A DNA stretch of 32,000 bases from Candidatus Scalindua sp. (GTDB taxonomy: Bacteria; Planctomycetota; Brocadiia; Brocadiales; Scalinduaceae), in assembly GCA_031316235.1 (NCBI GenBank), contig JALDRA010000001.1, positions 3,360,001-3,392,000 of the forward strand, given 5' to 3'. This document shows positions 17,048 to 26,282 of this stretch, in pieces. The first letter of the stretch is position 1; the number at the start of each line of letters is the position of its first letter. The translations under genes were made by a program, and so were the position numbers. A model generated the notes under the pieces. That model had not been told where the DNA came from. It saw nothing but the letters and a program-made list of their open reading frames with translations, and did not search any database.

Positions 17048-20000
17048 ATGCCAAAGAATTTGAGATGGAAAATACCCGTTATAGTAGTACTTATTGCAAT
17101 CGCACTGTTGGCAATCTATCCACCCGCAAATAAGGTCATAAAGATAGAAGAGGTAAAAGAGCTTGATGGTAAAGAAACCGGGCGATCGGTAATAAAGGAC
17201 TCCTCTTTTGGATTCCTGTATAGAAATCCAATAATAAATGAAACGATTTCACAGAAATATGTTGATGAAAACGGTTCAACCGTTGTGCAGAAAAAAGTTG
17301 AGCATGTTGCTCGTGGTCAAATAAAGCTGGGTCTCGATTTGAAGGGAGGGTCGGAACTTCTTTACAAAATAAGTGTTGCAGAAGGCGAGTCTCATCCGGG
17401 TTTGACCAGTGAAATTATTGCCGTTTTAGAAAAAAGGATTGATCCCCAGGGCATTATGGAGTACAGACTGCAGCAACAGGGAATCCGCAGAATACTCATT
17501 CAGGTTCCAGGTGCATCTCAGAATGAAATTGAGAGTCTGAAAAGCAGGATCACCCGACTGGGAAAACTGGAATTCATGATTGCTGCCCCGCCTGACAGTA
17601 TGGAATATAAGGAAGCGAAAGCGGGTAAGGCAGTGCCCGGTTATTATAAGCATTGGATTAAAAAGAAAAAAGGAGAAGTGGGAGAAACAGAGGACTGGGT
17701 ATTGGTACGCAATAAGAGTGAAATAACAGGTGAGCACCTTGAGAGAGTCTTTCCTGATCGAAAAGATATTCAACCGGTAGTTGGATTTGAGTTTGACCAG
17801 GTTGGCAAGGCGAAATTTGGTCGATTGACTGAACGGAATATTGGAAAACCTCTGGCAATTATATTAGACGGTGTATTGTACTCTGCACCGATAATACGTG
17901 ACAGAATACCTGGTAAAGGGATCATTGAAGGTAATTTTACTCAAGATGAGATAAATGATTTGATTGCAGTGATGAGGGCAGGGAGTCTTCCCGCTGATTT
18001 AGAGTTGGAGATGGAAACCACTGTAGGACCCAGTCTGGGAGCTGACTCTATAAGAAAAGGCCTTCTTGCCGGTCTGATAGGTACTATATTTGTTGCGGTT
18101 TTCATGTGCATCTATTATTTCGGTGCGGGTGCAGTCGCAAACTTTGCTTTTGTTCTCAATATCTTTATGGTTGTTGGAGCACTCTCGATATTAGATGCAA
18201 CCCTCACCCTCCCCGGTATTGCCGGCCTGGTATTGATGATTGGTATGGCGGTAGATGCAAATGTGTTGATTTTTGAAAGAATACGGGAAGAGAAAAATAA
18301 AAATAGATCGATAAAGCTTGCTGTTAAAAACGGTTATGAAAGGGCATTTACAACGATCATTGATTCAAATGTGACAACATTGATAACGGCAATTGTTTTG
18401 TACGCAGTGGGGACGGGGCCGATAAAGGGTTTTGCCGTAGTCTTAATCACTGGTCTTATAATTAACATGTTTACAGCGGTATTTGTCACCCGTACAATAT
18501 TTGAGATCTTTCTTGGTACTGGTGTGATGAAGAACTTTTCGATGTTGCAGTTTTTCAGGAAACCGAAAACTGATTTCGTTAGTTATCGTCGTTTTACCAT
18601 GATTGCATCTTTAATCTTCATTATTGGTGGTATTTCAATATTTGTTGTACGGGGTAAGAAAAATTATGACATAGATTTTACCGGAGGAACGTTAATTCAT
18701 CTAAAACTGAATACGCCGGTACCGGTAGGTACGGTAAGGGATAAGCTGTCAGATGCCGGGTATGCTGATGCTGAGGTCCAGAGCGTGTGGGCCAGTGAAG
18801 ATCTCACCAAGTCATTAGGTGAAACTGCTGAATTTGGTGTCAGAATAAAAACCCTGCAAAACGATAAAATTATTCAGAAAATTACCTATGATCTGAGGCG
18901 TGTAATCGGCCCGAAGGTGTTTTCTGACGTTGAGTTTGATACTCTCTCAGATTTTCGCTTGATCCTCAATAACCCCGTGGACGAATCCGCTGTACAGAAC
19001 TATCTGCTGGATGCCGACTACGGATATGATGATATTGCCTCTATTTATCCACTGGGAGAGGGGAAAACTACGAGAAAATACTCATTACATATGTCCGGAT
19101 TAACTGATCAGAAATCGAGAACTGATACGATCAAGGAGATGGTTTCTGCACTTTCAGGAAGAGTAAAGATAGCATCGGTAAAACCGGTTTTTAGTGATAT
19201 AAAAGAGGAACTTCCTTCTGTATCCATTGCAAAAGAAGGTACTCAGTTTGGAGTAGTATTTTCCATGGATGTTGATCTGAAAAATCCTGTGGACCCTCTT
19301 GTATTTCAGATAGAACTGAACAGGGAAGGGTATACCGATATTGATATCTCTCCGGGGGAGTCGAGCGGAAGATCATTATTTCCCAGGAAACTTCTCATTA
19401 CTGGACCACGAGATGTTCTCGAAACGATGAAGCAGATGGCAAAGCCGGTGAATGTTCCTTCGATTTTTATTGTAGATGATTTGAAGGTACAGATTGAGCT
19501 GAAAGAAGATCTTGATGAAGGTGCACTGAGAGCTGTATTGTCTGCTTCTGGTGAATTGAGAAAATCGATTGGTGAAATTTCAGGGATTGATGTGACTTCC
19601 GACAGATATGCTATTATCATGGAATCGCTCAATGCTGCAAAGATACAGGAAAAAATCCGTGAAGACATTTCCGATATTTTTAGAAACAATCTTTACGTCG
19701 ACAAAACAGATGTGACTTTTGATCTTCCTGCACGAGGTGTGAGTTCGCTGAATCCTGATTCACCATCTGGTGGAGAGGGGACTGATGCAGCAGATGACTC
19801 TTCGGTTGAAAAATCTTCAAGCAGCACAGAAGTTACCCTGAAAATGGATCATCCGGTTACCCTGGAGAAAATACAGGACGTACTTTCGATGGCAGGATAT
19901 CCTGACGCTTTAATGGATGGATATGATGAAGGTAAGGAATACAGTTCGGTTAATCTCAAAGCAGACGTTACAGAACTTGATGATATGAAAGCCAATATAG

Positions 20001-20659
20001 CTTCCGCATTTATGGTTCCCGATCCTTTCAAGAGGGTTGTAAGTATCGGTTCCAGCGTTGCTGCTGAGATGAAAAGCAGAGCTGCCCTGGCCCTGATTTT
20101 TTCTTGCCTTGCCATAATAGTTTATATATGGCTTAGATTCGGTGAGTTTAAGTTTGGTGTTGCAGCAGTGCTTTGTCTCGTGCATGATGTCTTGATTACC
20201 ATAGGGGCAGTTGCGGTTGCCGACCATTATGGAAATATTTTTGGTGATATCAAGGTCAATCTGCCAATGATAGCCGCCTTTCTCACTTTAATTGGTTATT
20301 CACTGAATGACACAATAGTTTTTTTTGACCGTATAAGAGAAAATCTCTCAGGTAAACAGAAAAATATATCTCGTGATCTCATCAATTCAAGTATCAATCA
20401 AAATTTAAACAGGACCATCCTGACAGGGATTACAACCTTTGGAGTTGTTCTGGCACTCTATTTTGTAGGAGGCCCTGCGATTCATGGATTTGCATTTGTA
20501 ATGATTGTAGGTGTCGTTGTTGGAACCTATTCTTCTATCTTTATTGCGAGTCCAATTTTGCTTGATTGGGAATATCTGAAAAAGGGTTTTAAAATATTTT
20601 TCCTAGCTGTGACATCTCCGTTCTGGTTCCCTGTTAGGCTAATGCGGAAGGGAAATTAA
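17048..20659 (+). CDS. secDF: Protein translocase subunit SecDF fusion (SecD + SecF), with an enlarged SecF periplasmic domain
   Basis: SecD P1 domain and TM bundle (LGLDLKGGSELLY, TVGPSLGADSI, GMAVDANVLIFERIREE). These are followed by the SecF N-terminus (DFVSYRRFTMIASL, DIDFTGGTLI) and the SecF TM bundle (GSSVAAEM..., IGYSLNDTIVFFDRIREN). ATG 17048 is preferred over TTG 17024. Confidence 0.9.
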   Translation: MPKNLRWKIPVIVVLIAIALLAIYPPANKVIKIEEVKELDGKETGRSVIKDSSFGFLYRNPIINETISQKYVDENGSTVVQKKVEHVARGQIKLGLDLKGGSELLYKISVAEGESHPGLTSEIIAVLEKRIDPQGIMEYRLQQQGIRRILIQVPGASQNEIESLKSRITRLGKLEFMIAAPPDSMEYKEAKAGKAVPGYYKHWIKKKKGEVGETEDWVLVRNKSEITGEHLERVFPDRKDIQPVVGFEFDQVGKAKFGRLTERNIGKPLAIILDGVLYSAPIIRDRIPGKGIIEGNFTQDEINDLIAVMRAGSLPADLELEMETTVGPSLGADSIRKGLLAGLIGTIFVAVFMCIYYFGAGAVANFAFVLNIFMVVGALSILDATLTLPGIAGLVLMIGMAVDANVLIFERIREEKNKNRSIKLAVKNGYERAFTTIIDSNVTTLITAIVLYAVGTGPIKGFAVVLITGLIINMFTAVFVTRTIFEIFLGTGVMKNFSMLQFFRKPKTDFVSYRRFTMIASLIFIIGGISIFVVRGKKNYDIDFTGGTLIHLKLNTPVPVGTVRDKLSDAGYADAEVQSVWASEDLTKSLGETAEFGVRIKTLQNDKIIQKITYDLRRVIGPKVFSDVEFDTLSDFRLILNNPVDESAVQNYLLDADYGYDDIASIYPLGEGKTTRKYSLHMSGLTDQKSRTDTIKEMVSALSGRVKIASVKPVFSDIKEELPSVSIAKEGTQFGVVFSMDVDLKNPVDPLVFQIELNREGYTDIDISPGESSGRSLFPRKLLITGPRDVLETMKQMAKPVNVPSIFIVDDLKVQIELKEDLDEGALRAVLSASGELRKSIGEISGIDVTSDRYAIIMESLNAAKIQEKIREDISDIFRNNLYVDKTDVTFDLPARGVSSLNPDSPSGGEGTDAADDSSVEKSSSSTEVTLKMDHPVTLEKIQDVLSMAGYPDALMDGYDEGKEYSSVNLKADVTELDDMKANIASAFMVPDPFKRVVSIGSSVAAEMKSRAALALIFSCLAIIVYIWLRFGEFKFGVAAVLCLVHDVLITIGAVAVADHYGNIFGDIKVNLPMIAAFLTLIGYSLNDTIVFFDRIRENLSGKQKNISRDLINSSINQNLNRTILTGITTFGVVLALYFVGGPAIHGFAFVMIVGVVVGTYSSIFIASPILLDWEYLKKGFKIFFLAVTSPFWFPVRLMRKGN

Positions 20660-20665
20660 GACAAG

Positions 20666-20683
20666 AAGGCCAGAGGCTTTTTT
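20666..20683 (+). terminator. Small terminator-like hairpin after secDF
   Basis: The aaggcc-aga-ggcttt stem (6 bp including one G-T) is followed by ttt. It is weak. Confidence 0.3.
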
Positions 20684-20707
20684 AACATTAACTGCGAAAG
20701 GGGTAAA

Positions 20708-21598
20708 ATGAGAAGAGATACGCAAATCGGTGTGATTCTCGGTATGGTTATACTGGTAATTATTGGTGTGTTTCTCAGTACGAGATCATCTTTTAAAGAA
20801 GCTGATATGCCAGTCTTACTTTTGCCCGAAGAAAGTATGTCTGTGGTTGAAGAGATAGACATATCTGATCTAGCGCAGGAACCGAAATCTGAAAGTCTGG
20901 AGCAGGAAATACCAGCTGAAGAAACGGTGATCGCTGAGGAACTATCGATAGATTATCCTGATGAAGAACCTTTAAAATATGGGACATTATTGGAAGGGAA
21001 ATGGAAGGGGATTGTACCAGAACTCAAAGATAAGCAGAAAGAGCTTTTTCATATCCAACAGACCGAAAAGGAATCAGGAAGAGAGTCTGATTTATCTATG
21101 GATCAAGATTCTCTATCAGATGTGGCAGAAGAGACGTCAGATGTGGCAGAAGAGACGAGTGTTGTTACCGATGCCGTTCCGGTAGATACCGACAGGGAAG
21201 TCATTCATACGGTACGTTCCAACGAAAGTCTTGCTGTTTTATCAAAGAAATATTATGGTGATAAAGCAAAATGGAGAGTTATTTTTGAGGCAAACAGAGA
21301 TAAAATGTCAAATCCTGATGTGTTATACGTGGGTCTCAGATTAAAAATACCAAGTTTGAGCGATTTGCCTCAAGGGTCCGGAAGCGATATAAGTAAGAAA
21401 CGATTTGCTCAAAGAATAAATCATGAAGCAGTAGAGACAAGAAACTATAAAATACGTCGGGGAGATACGCTTCACAGTATTGCGGCTGAGTTTTATGAGG
21501 ATGGGTCGTTGTGGTGGAAAATTTATGAAGCGAATGAGGATAAGATAGAAGATAAGAATTTTCTCATAATCGGACGCACCCTTGTTATTCCGGAGTAG
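20708..21598 (+). CDS. Membrane-anchored protein with two C-terminal LysM domains
   Basis: N-terminal TM (IGVILGMVILVIIGVFL) and an acidic linker. LysM 1 is HTVRSNESLAVLSKKYYGDKAKWRVIFEANRD...LRLKIP. LysM 2 is YKIRRGDTLHSIAAEFYEDGSLWWKIYEANED...RTLVIP. Confidence 0.8.
   Translation: MRRDTQIGVILGMVILVIIGVFLSTRSSFKEADMPVLLLPEESMSVVEEIDISDLAQEPKSESLEQEIPAEETVIAEELSIDYPDEEPLKYGTLLEGKWKGIVPELKDKQKELFHIQQTEKESGRESDLSMDQDSLSDVAEETSDVAEETSVVTDAVPVDTDREVIHTVRSNESLAVLSKKYYGDKAKWRVIFEANRDKMSNPDVLYVGLRLKIPSLSDLPQGSGSDISKKRFAQRINHEAVETRNYKIRRGDTLHSIAAEFYEDGSLWWKIYEANEDKIEDKNFLIIGRTLVIPE
21116..21157 (+). repeat. Perfect 21-bp tandem duplication inside the LysM gene (encodes SDVAEET x2)
   Basis: tcagatgtggcagaagagacg is read twice consecutively. 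Confidence 0.9.
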
Positions 21599-21669
21599 AC
21601 TGAAAGAGGCTGAATTTTTAATAATTATCATAGAGGCACACAAGAGGCAGAAGGGAAAGGAAATATAAT

Positions 21670-22833
21670 ATGATCTTGCTTTCGAGAATTAATAGTTGTT
21701 TTGTTTTAAAACTATTTTCTTTTTTATTATTTGTTATTATCTGTACCGGGGTAAATGTCAGTTCTGCGAGGGCACAGATAGCTGAAAGTCCCTGTCCCAT
21801 GTTTATGCATGATTTGAAACATACGGGAAGAAGTGAACTACAGGCAACCCCGGTGAGTGATGTTAAGTGGAGTATATTAACGGGAGGTGAGATATGGTCA
21901 TCTCCAGTAGTAGGAACAGACGATACGGTATATGTCACTTCGACGGATGGAAATCTCTTTGCATTAAATCCGGATGGTACTGTCCGTTGGACTTATCAAA
22001 CAGGAGGTGAATTATTTGGAACACCTGTTATCGCTGCTGATGGAACAATTTATGTAGGTGACGCTAAGAAAAAACTATTTGCCATTACATCAAGCGGTAA
22101 GATTAAATGGACATACTACGTTGGATCAGATGTGCATTCATCTCCGGCAATTGCTCAGGATGGCACCATCTATGTAGGTGCGTGGAATGGCAGCCTGTAC
22201 GCTATTAACAGTAACGGTACCCTTAAGTGGACTTATCGAACAGGAGCTAGTATCTTGTCATCATCTCCAGCTATTGGAGATGATGGAATAGTTTACATCG
22301 GTTCCTGGGATGGTCGATTGTATGCAATTAGTCCAGATGGTAAAATTCTTTGGAGCTTTCGTGCCGATTCCAGGATAGATGGTTCACCATCACTCAGTGA
22401 GGATGGGACATTGTACATTGGTTCCAATGACGGGACTCTATTTGCAATCGATTATCATGATAAAGGAAAGTTAAAGTGGAAATACGTTATCGGTTCACGA
22501 ATTCACTCAACTCCTGCGATAAGTAAGGACGGTACGGTATACGTAGGTGCAAAAGATGGAAAACTCTATGCAATTAATTCTGATGGTACATTAGCCTGGA
22601 CTTATGACACGGGTGACATCATAACCTCATCTGCAAGTATAAGTTCTGACGGAGTAATTGTTTTCGGGTCATGGAACGGAACTTTGTATGCTTTGAATTC
22701 TGACGGTTCTCTAAAATGGGAACACGCATTAAAGAGTTCAATAATCGCTTCTCCCATAATCGGTCCACAGGGTACCATATACCTGGGGGCTACCGACTGG
22801 AAGGTGTATGCGATTGGTAAAAAACAGGACTGA
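21670..22833 (+). CDS. Secreted PQQ-like / BamB-like 8-bladed beta-propeller repeat protein
   Basis: A signal peptide, then eight repeats of the pattern DGT[IV]YVGS.DG.LYAIN.DG.LKWTY. Confidence 0.8.
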   Translation: MILLSRINSCFVLKLFSFLLFVIICTGVNVSSARAQIAESPCPMFMHDLKHTGRSELQATPVSDVKWSILTGGEIWSSPVVGTDDTVYVTSTDGNLFALNPDGTVRWTYQTGGELFGTPVIAADGTIYVGDAKKKLFAITSSGKIKWTYYVGSDVHSSPAIAQDGTIYVGAWNGSLYAINSNGTLKWTYRTGASILSSSPAIGDDGIVYIGSWDGRLYAISPDGKILWSFRADSRIDGSPSLSEDGTLYIGSNDGTLFAIDYHDKGKLKWKYVIGSRIHSTPAISKDGTVYVGAKDGKLYAINSDGTLAWTYDTGDIITSSASISSDGVIVFGSWNGTLYALNSDGSLKWEHALKSSIIASPIIGPQGTIYLGATDWKVYAIGKKQD

Positions 22834-22942
22834 TCACGGAAAACACCTTTTTCTCCTGATGCCGGTTTCACGGTGATCCAACAGGGCAGTATTCACAGAC
22901 AAAATCTCATTCCAACGGTTGCCTGAGGACCGCTTCAGGGTT

Positions 22943-23986
22943 TCAGTAATCGTCTTCTCTGCTCTCTGGTTTCGTAGTAAGCTGTCCGCATGCAGCGAGG
23001 ATGTCGGCTCCTTTAGACCGTCGATAGAGGGCATGAGCTCCAAGGTCCAGCAGCGTCTGGTGAAATTTCATGACCTTCTCCTCGCTGGGACGTTCAAGTG
23101 AGGATCCAGGAAAGGGATTATAGGGAATGATGTTGATCTTACACGGTATATACCGAGTGAGCCGAAACAACTCCCTGGCATCTTGCAGAGAGTCTGTGAT
23201 CCCTTTGATAATAATATAACTGAACGTGACCTTGTCACCTGAGATCTGAGCGTGCTTTCTGCAGGCATCCATTAATTCATTAATAGGGCAGTGCTTGTTA
23301 ACTGGCATTAATCGGCTGCGTACCTTATTATCCACTCCGTTGAGACTTACGGTCAGCCGGACCCGCGCTTCGGTGACTCGGGGAATGAACCTGGCGATCC
23401 CCGCCGTGGAAAGAGTGATTTTTTTTCTGGGAAAGTTGATTCCCAGTTCACTAGTAAAGATCTCGATAGCCCTGAAAACTCCGTCAGGGTTATCCAAGGG
23501 TTCTCCCATACCCATGAAGACGATATTCGTGATCCGTTCATTTGCCTGCTGGAGCTTCGATAGCAGCAGATATTGTGCGACGATTTCACCGGCTGTCAAA
23601 CGTCTTTTCATGCGGGTTCTGCCCGTAAAACAAAAGAGACAGCCGAAATTGCATCCTACCTCTGAAGAGACGCACAGGGTTAGTCGACCATCTGATGGTA
23701 TTAAGACGGATTCAACAGCCTGACCGTCACCAAGGTAGATCAGGAATTTTTGAGTCCCGTCCTGGCTCCGGCAGTGCTTCTCGATTCTCGGCAGGGGAAA
23801 GGAAAGCAGCTGGGGAAGTTCGGCTCGGAATATTTTCGAAATATTTGTCATCAAACCGAAATCATAGACACCCTTCTGATAGACCCATTTGTAGAGCTGG
23901 CCGGCTCGATAGACCTCCTTTCCTTTGCCATGGAGAATCGACTGTAATTCGCTCAGTGTCTGGTCAAAAAAGCTTCTCAGCACCAT
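22943..23986 (-). CDS. rlmN: 23S rRNA (adenine2503-C2)/tRNA methyltransferase RlmN (radical SAM)
   Basis: 347 aa. YRAGQLYKWVY, the radical-SAM motif CVSSEVGCNFGCLFCFTG, GMGEPLDN, and the C-terminal ILAACGQL. Confidence 0.92.
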   Translation of the reverse strand: MVLRSFFDQTLSELQSILHGKGKEVYRAGQLYKWVYQKGVYDFGLMTNISKIFRAELPQLLSFPLPRIEKHCRSQDGTQKFLIYLGDGQAVESVLIPSDGRLTLCVSSEVGCNFGCLFCFTGRTRMKRRLTAGEIVAQYLLLSKLQQANERITNIVFMGMGEPLDNPDGVFRAIEIFTSELGINFPRKKITLSTAGIARFIPRVTEARVRLTVSLNGVDNKVRSRLMPVNKHCPINELMDACRKHAQISGDKVTFSYIIIKGITDSLQDARELFRLTRYIPCKINIIPYNPFPGSSLERPSEEKVMKFHQTLLDLGAHALYRRSKGADILAACGQLTTKPESREDDY

Positions 23987-24001
23987 TACATCACATCTCC
24001 T

Positions 24002-25630
24002 TTATAATGAAAATAGTTCACGCAACAGTGTTTCTGGGTAGATGCAGAACGGGTAGTCTCTCATGGAAACAATGGAATTATAGCGTAACTTCTTTTCCAG
24101 GGAAAGTAATTCTTTTTCCTTCTCCCTGACCAGGGTGGAGATCTTTTCCTTCATCAACAGGTTAAGCTCTTTCAGGCGGCTGAAGACACGGCGTTTTTCG
24201 TCCTGATTCCGTATTTGTGTCATAATCAGCATTTCCTTCTCCCTGATCATGGAAAGCATTGATGAATCACGCATGATTTCACTTGTCGTGTAGTTTTCTG
24301 GGTGGTAATTCATATCTTTAATGGTATCTCTTACTCCTTCCACATCTTTCAGAGTAACACGATATTGCTCAAAGGGTAGATGGAGGGTAGCAGAAATGGT
24401 CGCAAAAGAGGGAGGTTCAACCCCATAAAACCTCTTTATTATCTCGTCCGTAATCAGATCATATTTTGCTCCCCCGATTCCATGTACAAAGAGATCAGAT
24501 ATAAACATCCGGGCATACAGAGTATTGATAATTGCCCGGGGGCGTATGTTTAAGCCTGCATCTTTGATACGTACCAGTTTCTTGAGGTTCTCTGAGAGAT
24601 TCCCGCTGACGGTAAAATCCAGTTCCGCTATAATCTCTTTTCTGTACATCAGCCCCATGTGGCTCTCTTTTCCTGATGAGGCAAAAAGCCTTTCTCTCGG
24701 CCGGTTCTTCCCCCAAATCCAGAAAGGGAGTTCTATGATATCTCCCTGTCTCTCTAAATTTGGTAAGGGATTTGCTTTAGATCGGATTTTCTTCTCTTTT
24801 CGGTACCAGTCAAGAGTGGTATTATAGATATCAGCAAAGGTTTTCATATTCTGTGCTATATGAAGGAAAAATTCGTAAAATGGTTCAGTTTCTGCTATGT
24901 GAGAGACGGGAACTTCTAGATTGTCGATGGTAAATCTTCGCATGTACACATGTCTTGAGAAGGTAAGCAGGTCACGAAAATTTTCAGTTTCGTTATGAAG
25001 TTTCATGATGATATCCATAAATTCACTGAATGTGTGTTTCATTTCAGCATTATGTGTGTAGAGCGTCACGAGCCTTCTCAATTCTTTCAATTGAACGAGG
25101 TCTGTGTACCTGATCTCTTCAAAGGGTAAATCATCCGGCTTTGTCATGAACGGAATTTTTTCGAGTGAGGAACGTAATCCATTGAGATGAGGAATGCTGA
25201 AAAAGGGATCTCGGCAGATCTCGCTGTCCACTATGAGATTCAGCCCGATGCCGTTACCCTGTTTTGCCAGATTGTTTACAAGACCGTACTTAATCAGGAT
25301 ACCAGGGTGTGTAAGGATAGGAGCATGTCCTGTCTGGATGATGGTGGATTCGGGGGTATAGGCAGCATTGCGGTAAAAGAAATCCCTATCACCCGCTATT
25401 TTCAGATTTGTACAGAGAGACCACATCCTTTCGGTGTATTCTCTGGCTTTTTTGAATGTTTCTCGACGCACCCATTCACGAAATTGAGAATAGGGTCTGC
25501 CGTTAATGTTAAAACAGTAAGATTGAAATCCTCTCTTATTTAAATAGATTAATCCGGCAATCTCTTCATAAGCAGGTTTCATGAATATCTCTTTGTTGTT
25601 TTTCGGGATCGTGAATGTTTCAAAATTCAC
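24002..25630 (-). CDS. Conserved hypothetical protein, distant BshC-like architecture (putative ligase fold plus C-terminal coiled coil)
   Basis: 542-aa ORF ending 15 nt upstream of rlmN. The segment IIQTGHAPILTHPGILIKYGLVNNLAKQG...NLIVDSE parallels the BshC GGQQxGLxxGPLYxxxK...LAK...EDHD region by eye. The C-terminal part is rich in heptad-like K/E/L residues. The start is GTG 25630 or ATG 25582. The functional call has low confidence. Confidence 0.5.
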   Translation of the reverse strand: MNFETFTIPKNNKEIFMKPAYEEIAGLIYLNKRGFQSYCFNINGRPYSQFREWVRRETFKKAREYTERMWSLCTNLKIAGDRDFFYRNAAYTPESTIIQTGHAPILTHPGILIKYGLVNNLAKQGNGIGLNLIVDSEICRDPFFSIPHLNGLRSSLEKIPFMTKPDDLPFEEIRYTDLVQLKELRRLVTLYTHNAEMKHTFSEFMDIIMKLHNETENFRDLLTFSRHVYMRRFTIDNLEVPVSHIAETEPFYEFFLHIAQNMKTFADIYNTTLDWYRKEKKIRSKANPLPNLERQGDIIELPFWIWGKNRPRERLFASSGKESHMGLMYRKEIIAELDFTVSGNLSENLKKLVRIKDAGLNIRPRAIINTLYARMFISDLFVHGIGGAKYDLITDEIIKRFYGVEPPSFATISATLHLPFEQYRVTLKDVEGVRDTIKDMNYHPENYTTSEIMRDSSMLSMIREKEMLIMTQIRNQDEKRRVFSRLKELNLLMKEKISTLVREKEKELLSLEKKLRYNSIVSMRDYPFCIYPETLLRELFSL

Positions 25631-25816
25631 AGAACTTGGCTCCTGACGTTGTTAACTTCCTGTTTCTGCTTTGCAACAATAAAAACAGTAACAGATTCAC
25701 TATGCGGCAAAATGTATACTTAATAGTCAAAATTAAAAGATTGTTTCACCGGTATTTGTTTAGAACAATAACACAAACTGGACCCATTGCAAAATGATTT
25801 CCAGAATTTCAGGGTG

Positions 25817-25971
25817 TATAAGTTTGCACAGAATTTGATATTCCGATTGAACGAAACCAGAGGCCTGGTAATACACAGGTGAGGACTTTCTCCGGACAAA
25901 AAAACGCCGAGGACTTTACTTGCTCAATTTTATCTCGGATTTTATCCGAAAACCAGTATGAGATGGGTATA
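25817..25971 (-). repeat. TATACT element, diverged long-form copy (copy 5); left arm and hairpin well conserved, right arm degenerate
   Basis: The plus strand reads ...ccggacaaaaaaacgccgaggactttacttgctcaattttatctcggattttatccgaaaaccagtatgagatgggtata. The distal part keeps taccagg..ctggtttcg..aatcgg and a terminal tata. The low-coordinate boundary is approximate. Confidence 0.6.
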
Positions 25972-26282
25972 CAATATCTTTCCTTTGCTTTCAGCCTCAG
26001 CGTTTGTCTGCGTATATTCGTGCCTGATGTCTTTTGCCTTGCAAAGCAAGACCGCTGATTTATAATGAAAGTAAAGAGGTAAAAGGTGAAGACTATTTCG
26101 TGCCCGTTGTAACCAACTTTAAAAAGAGAGCCCTGTCTGTCAATACGTGAACTGTTTCACCTGTATTTATTGATATCTGCGTCTGTTTTTCTCGCAGTAT
26201 CTCTTTATGAAAAAAAGGTATGCAGTCAAGGGGGACTCGATAATCACAGAGCAGGTTGACTGTACCCTGGTACTACATTCTC

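Noticed and set aside
18555-18590. An 11-nt identity (AAACCGAAAAC) plus loose similarity to the repeat's right arm, exactly at the SecD/SecF fusion junction. It was tempting to read this as a repeat remnant that fused the genes.
   Set aside because: A rough estimate gives about one to two chance 11-mer matches between a 140-nt element and 64 kb of two-strand sequence. The motif is low-complexity and AT-rich, the remaining alignment is poor, and the region encodes a normal SecF N-terminus.
25724-25816. TATACTTAATAGTC... upstream of repeat copy 5 might be another degenerate repeat copy
   Set aside because: Only the hexamer TATACT and a loose TTCACCGG match. There are no recognisable hairpins or a second terminus, so the evidence is insufficient.
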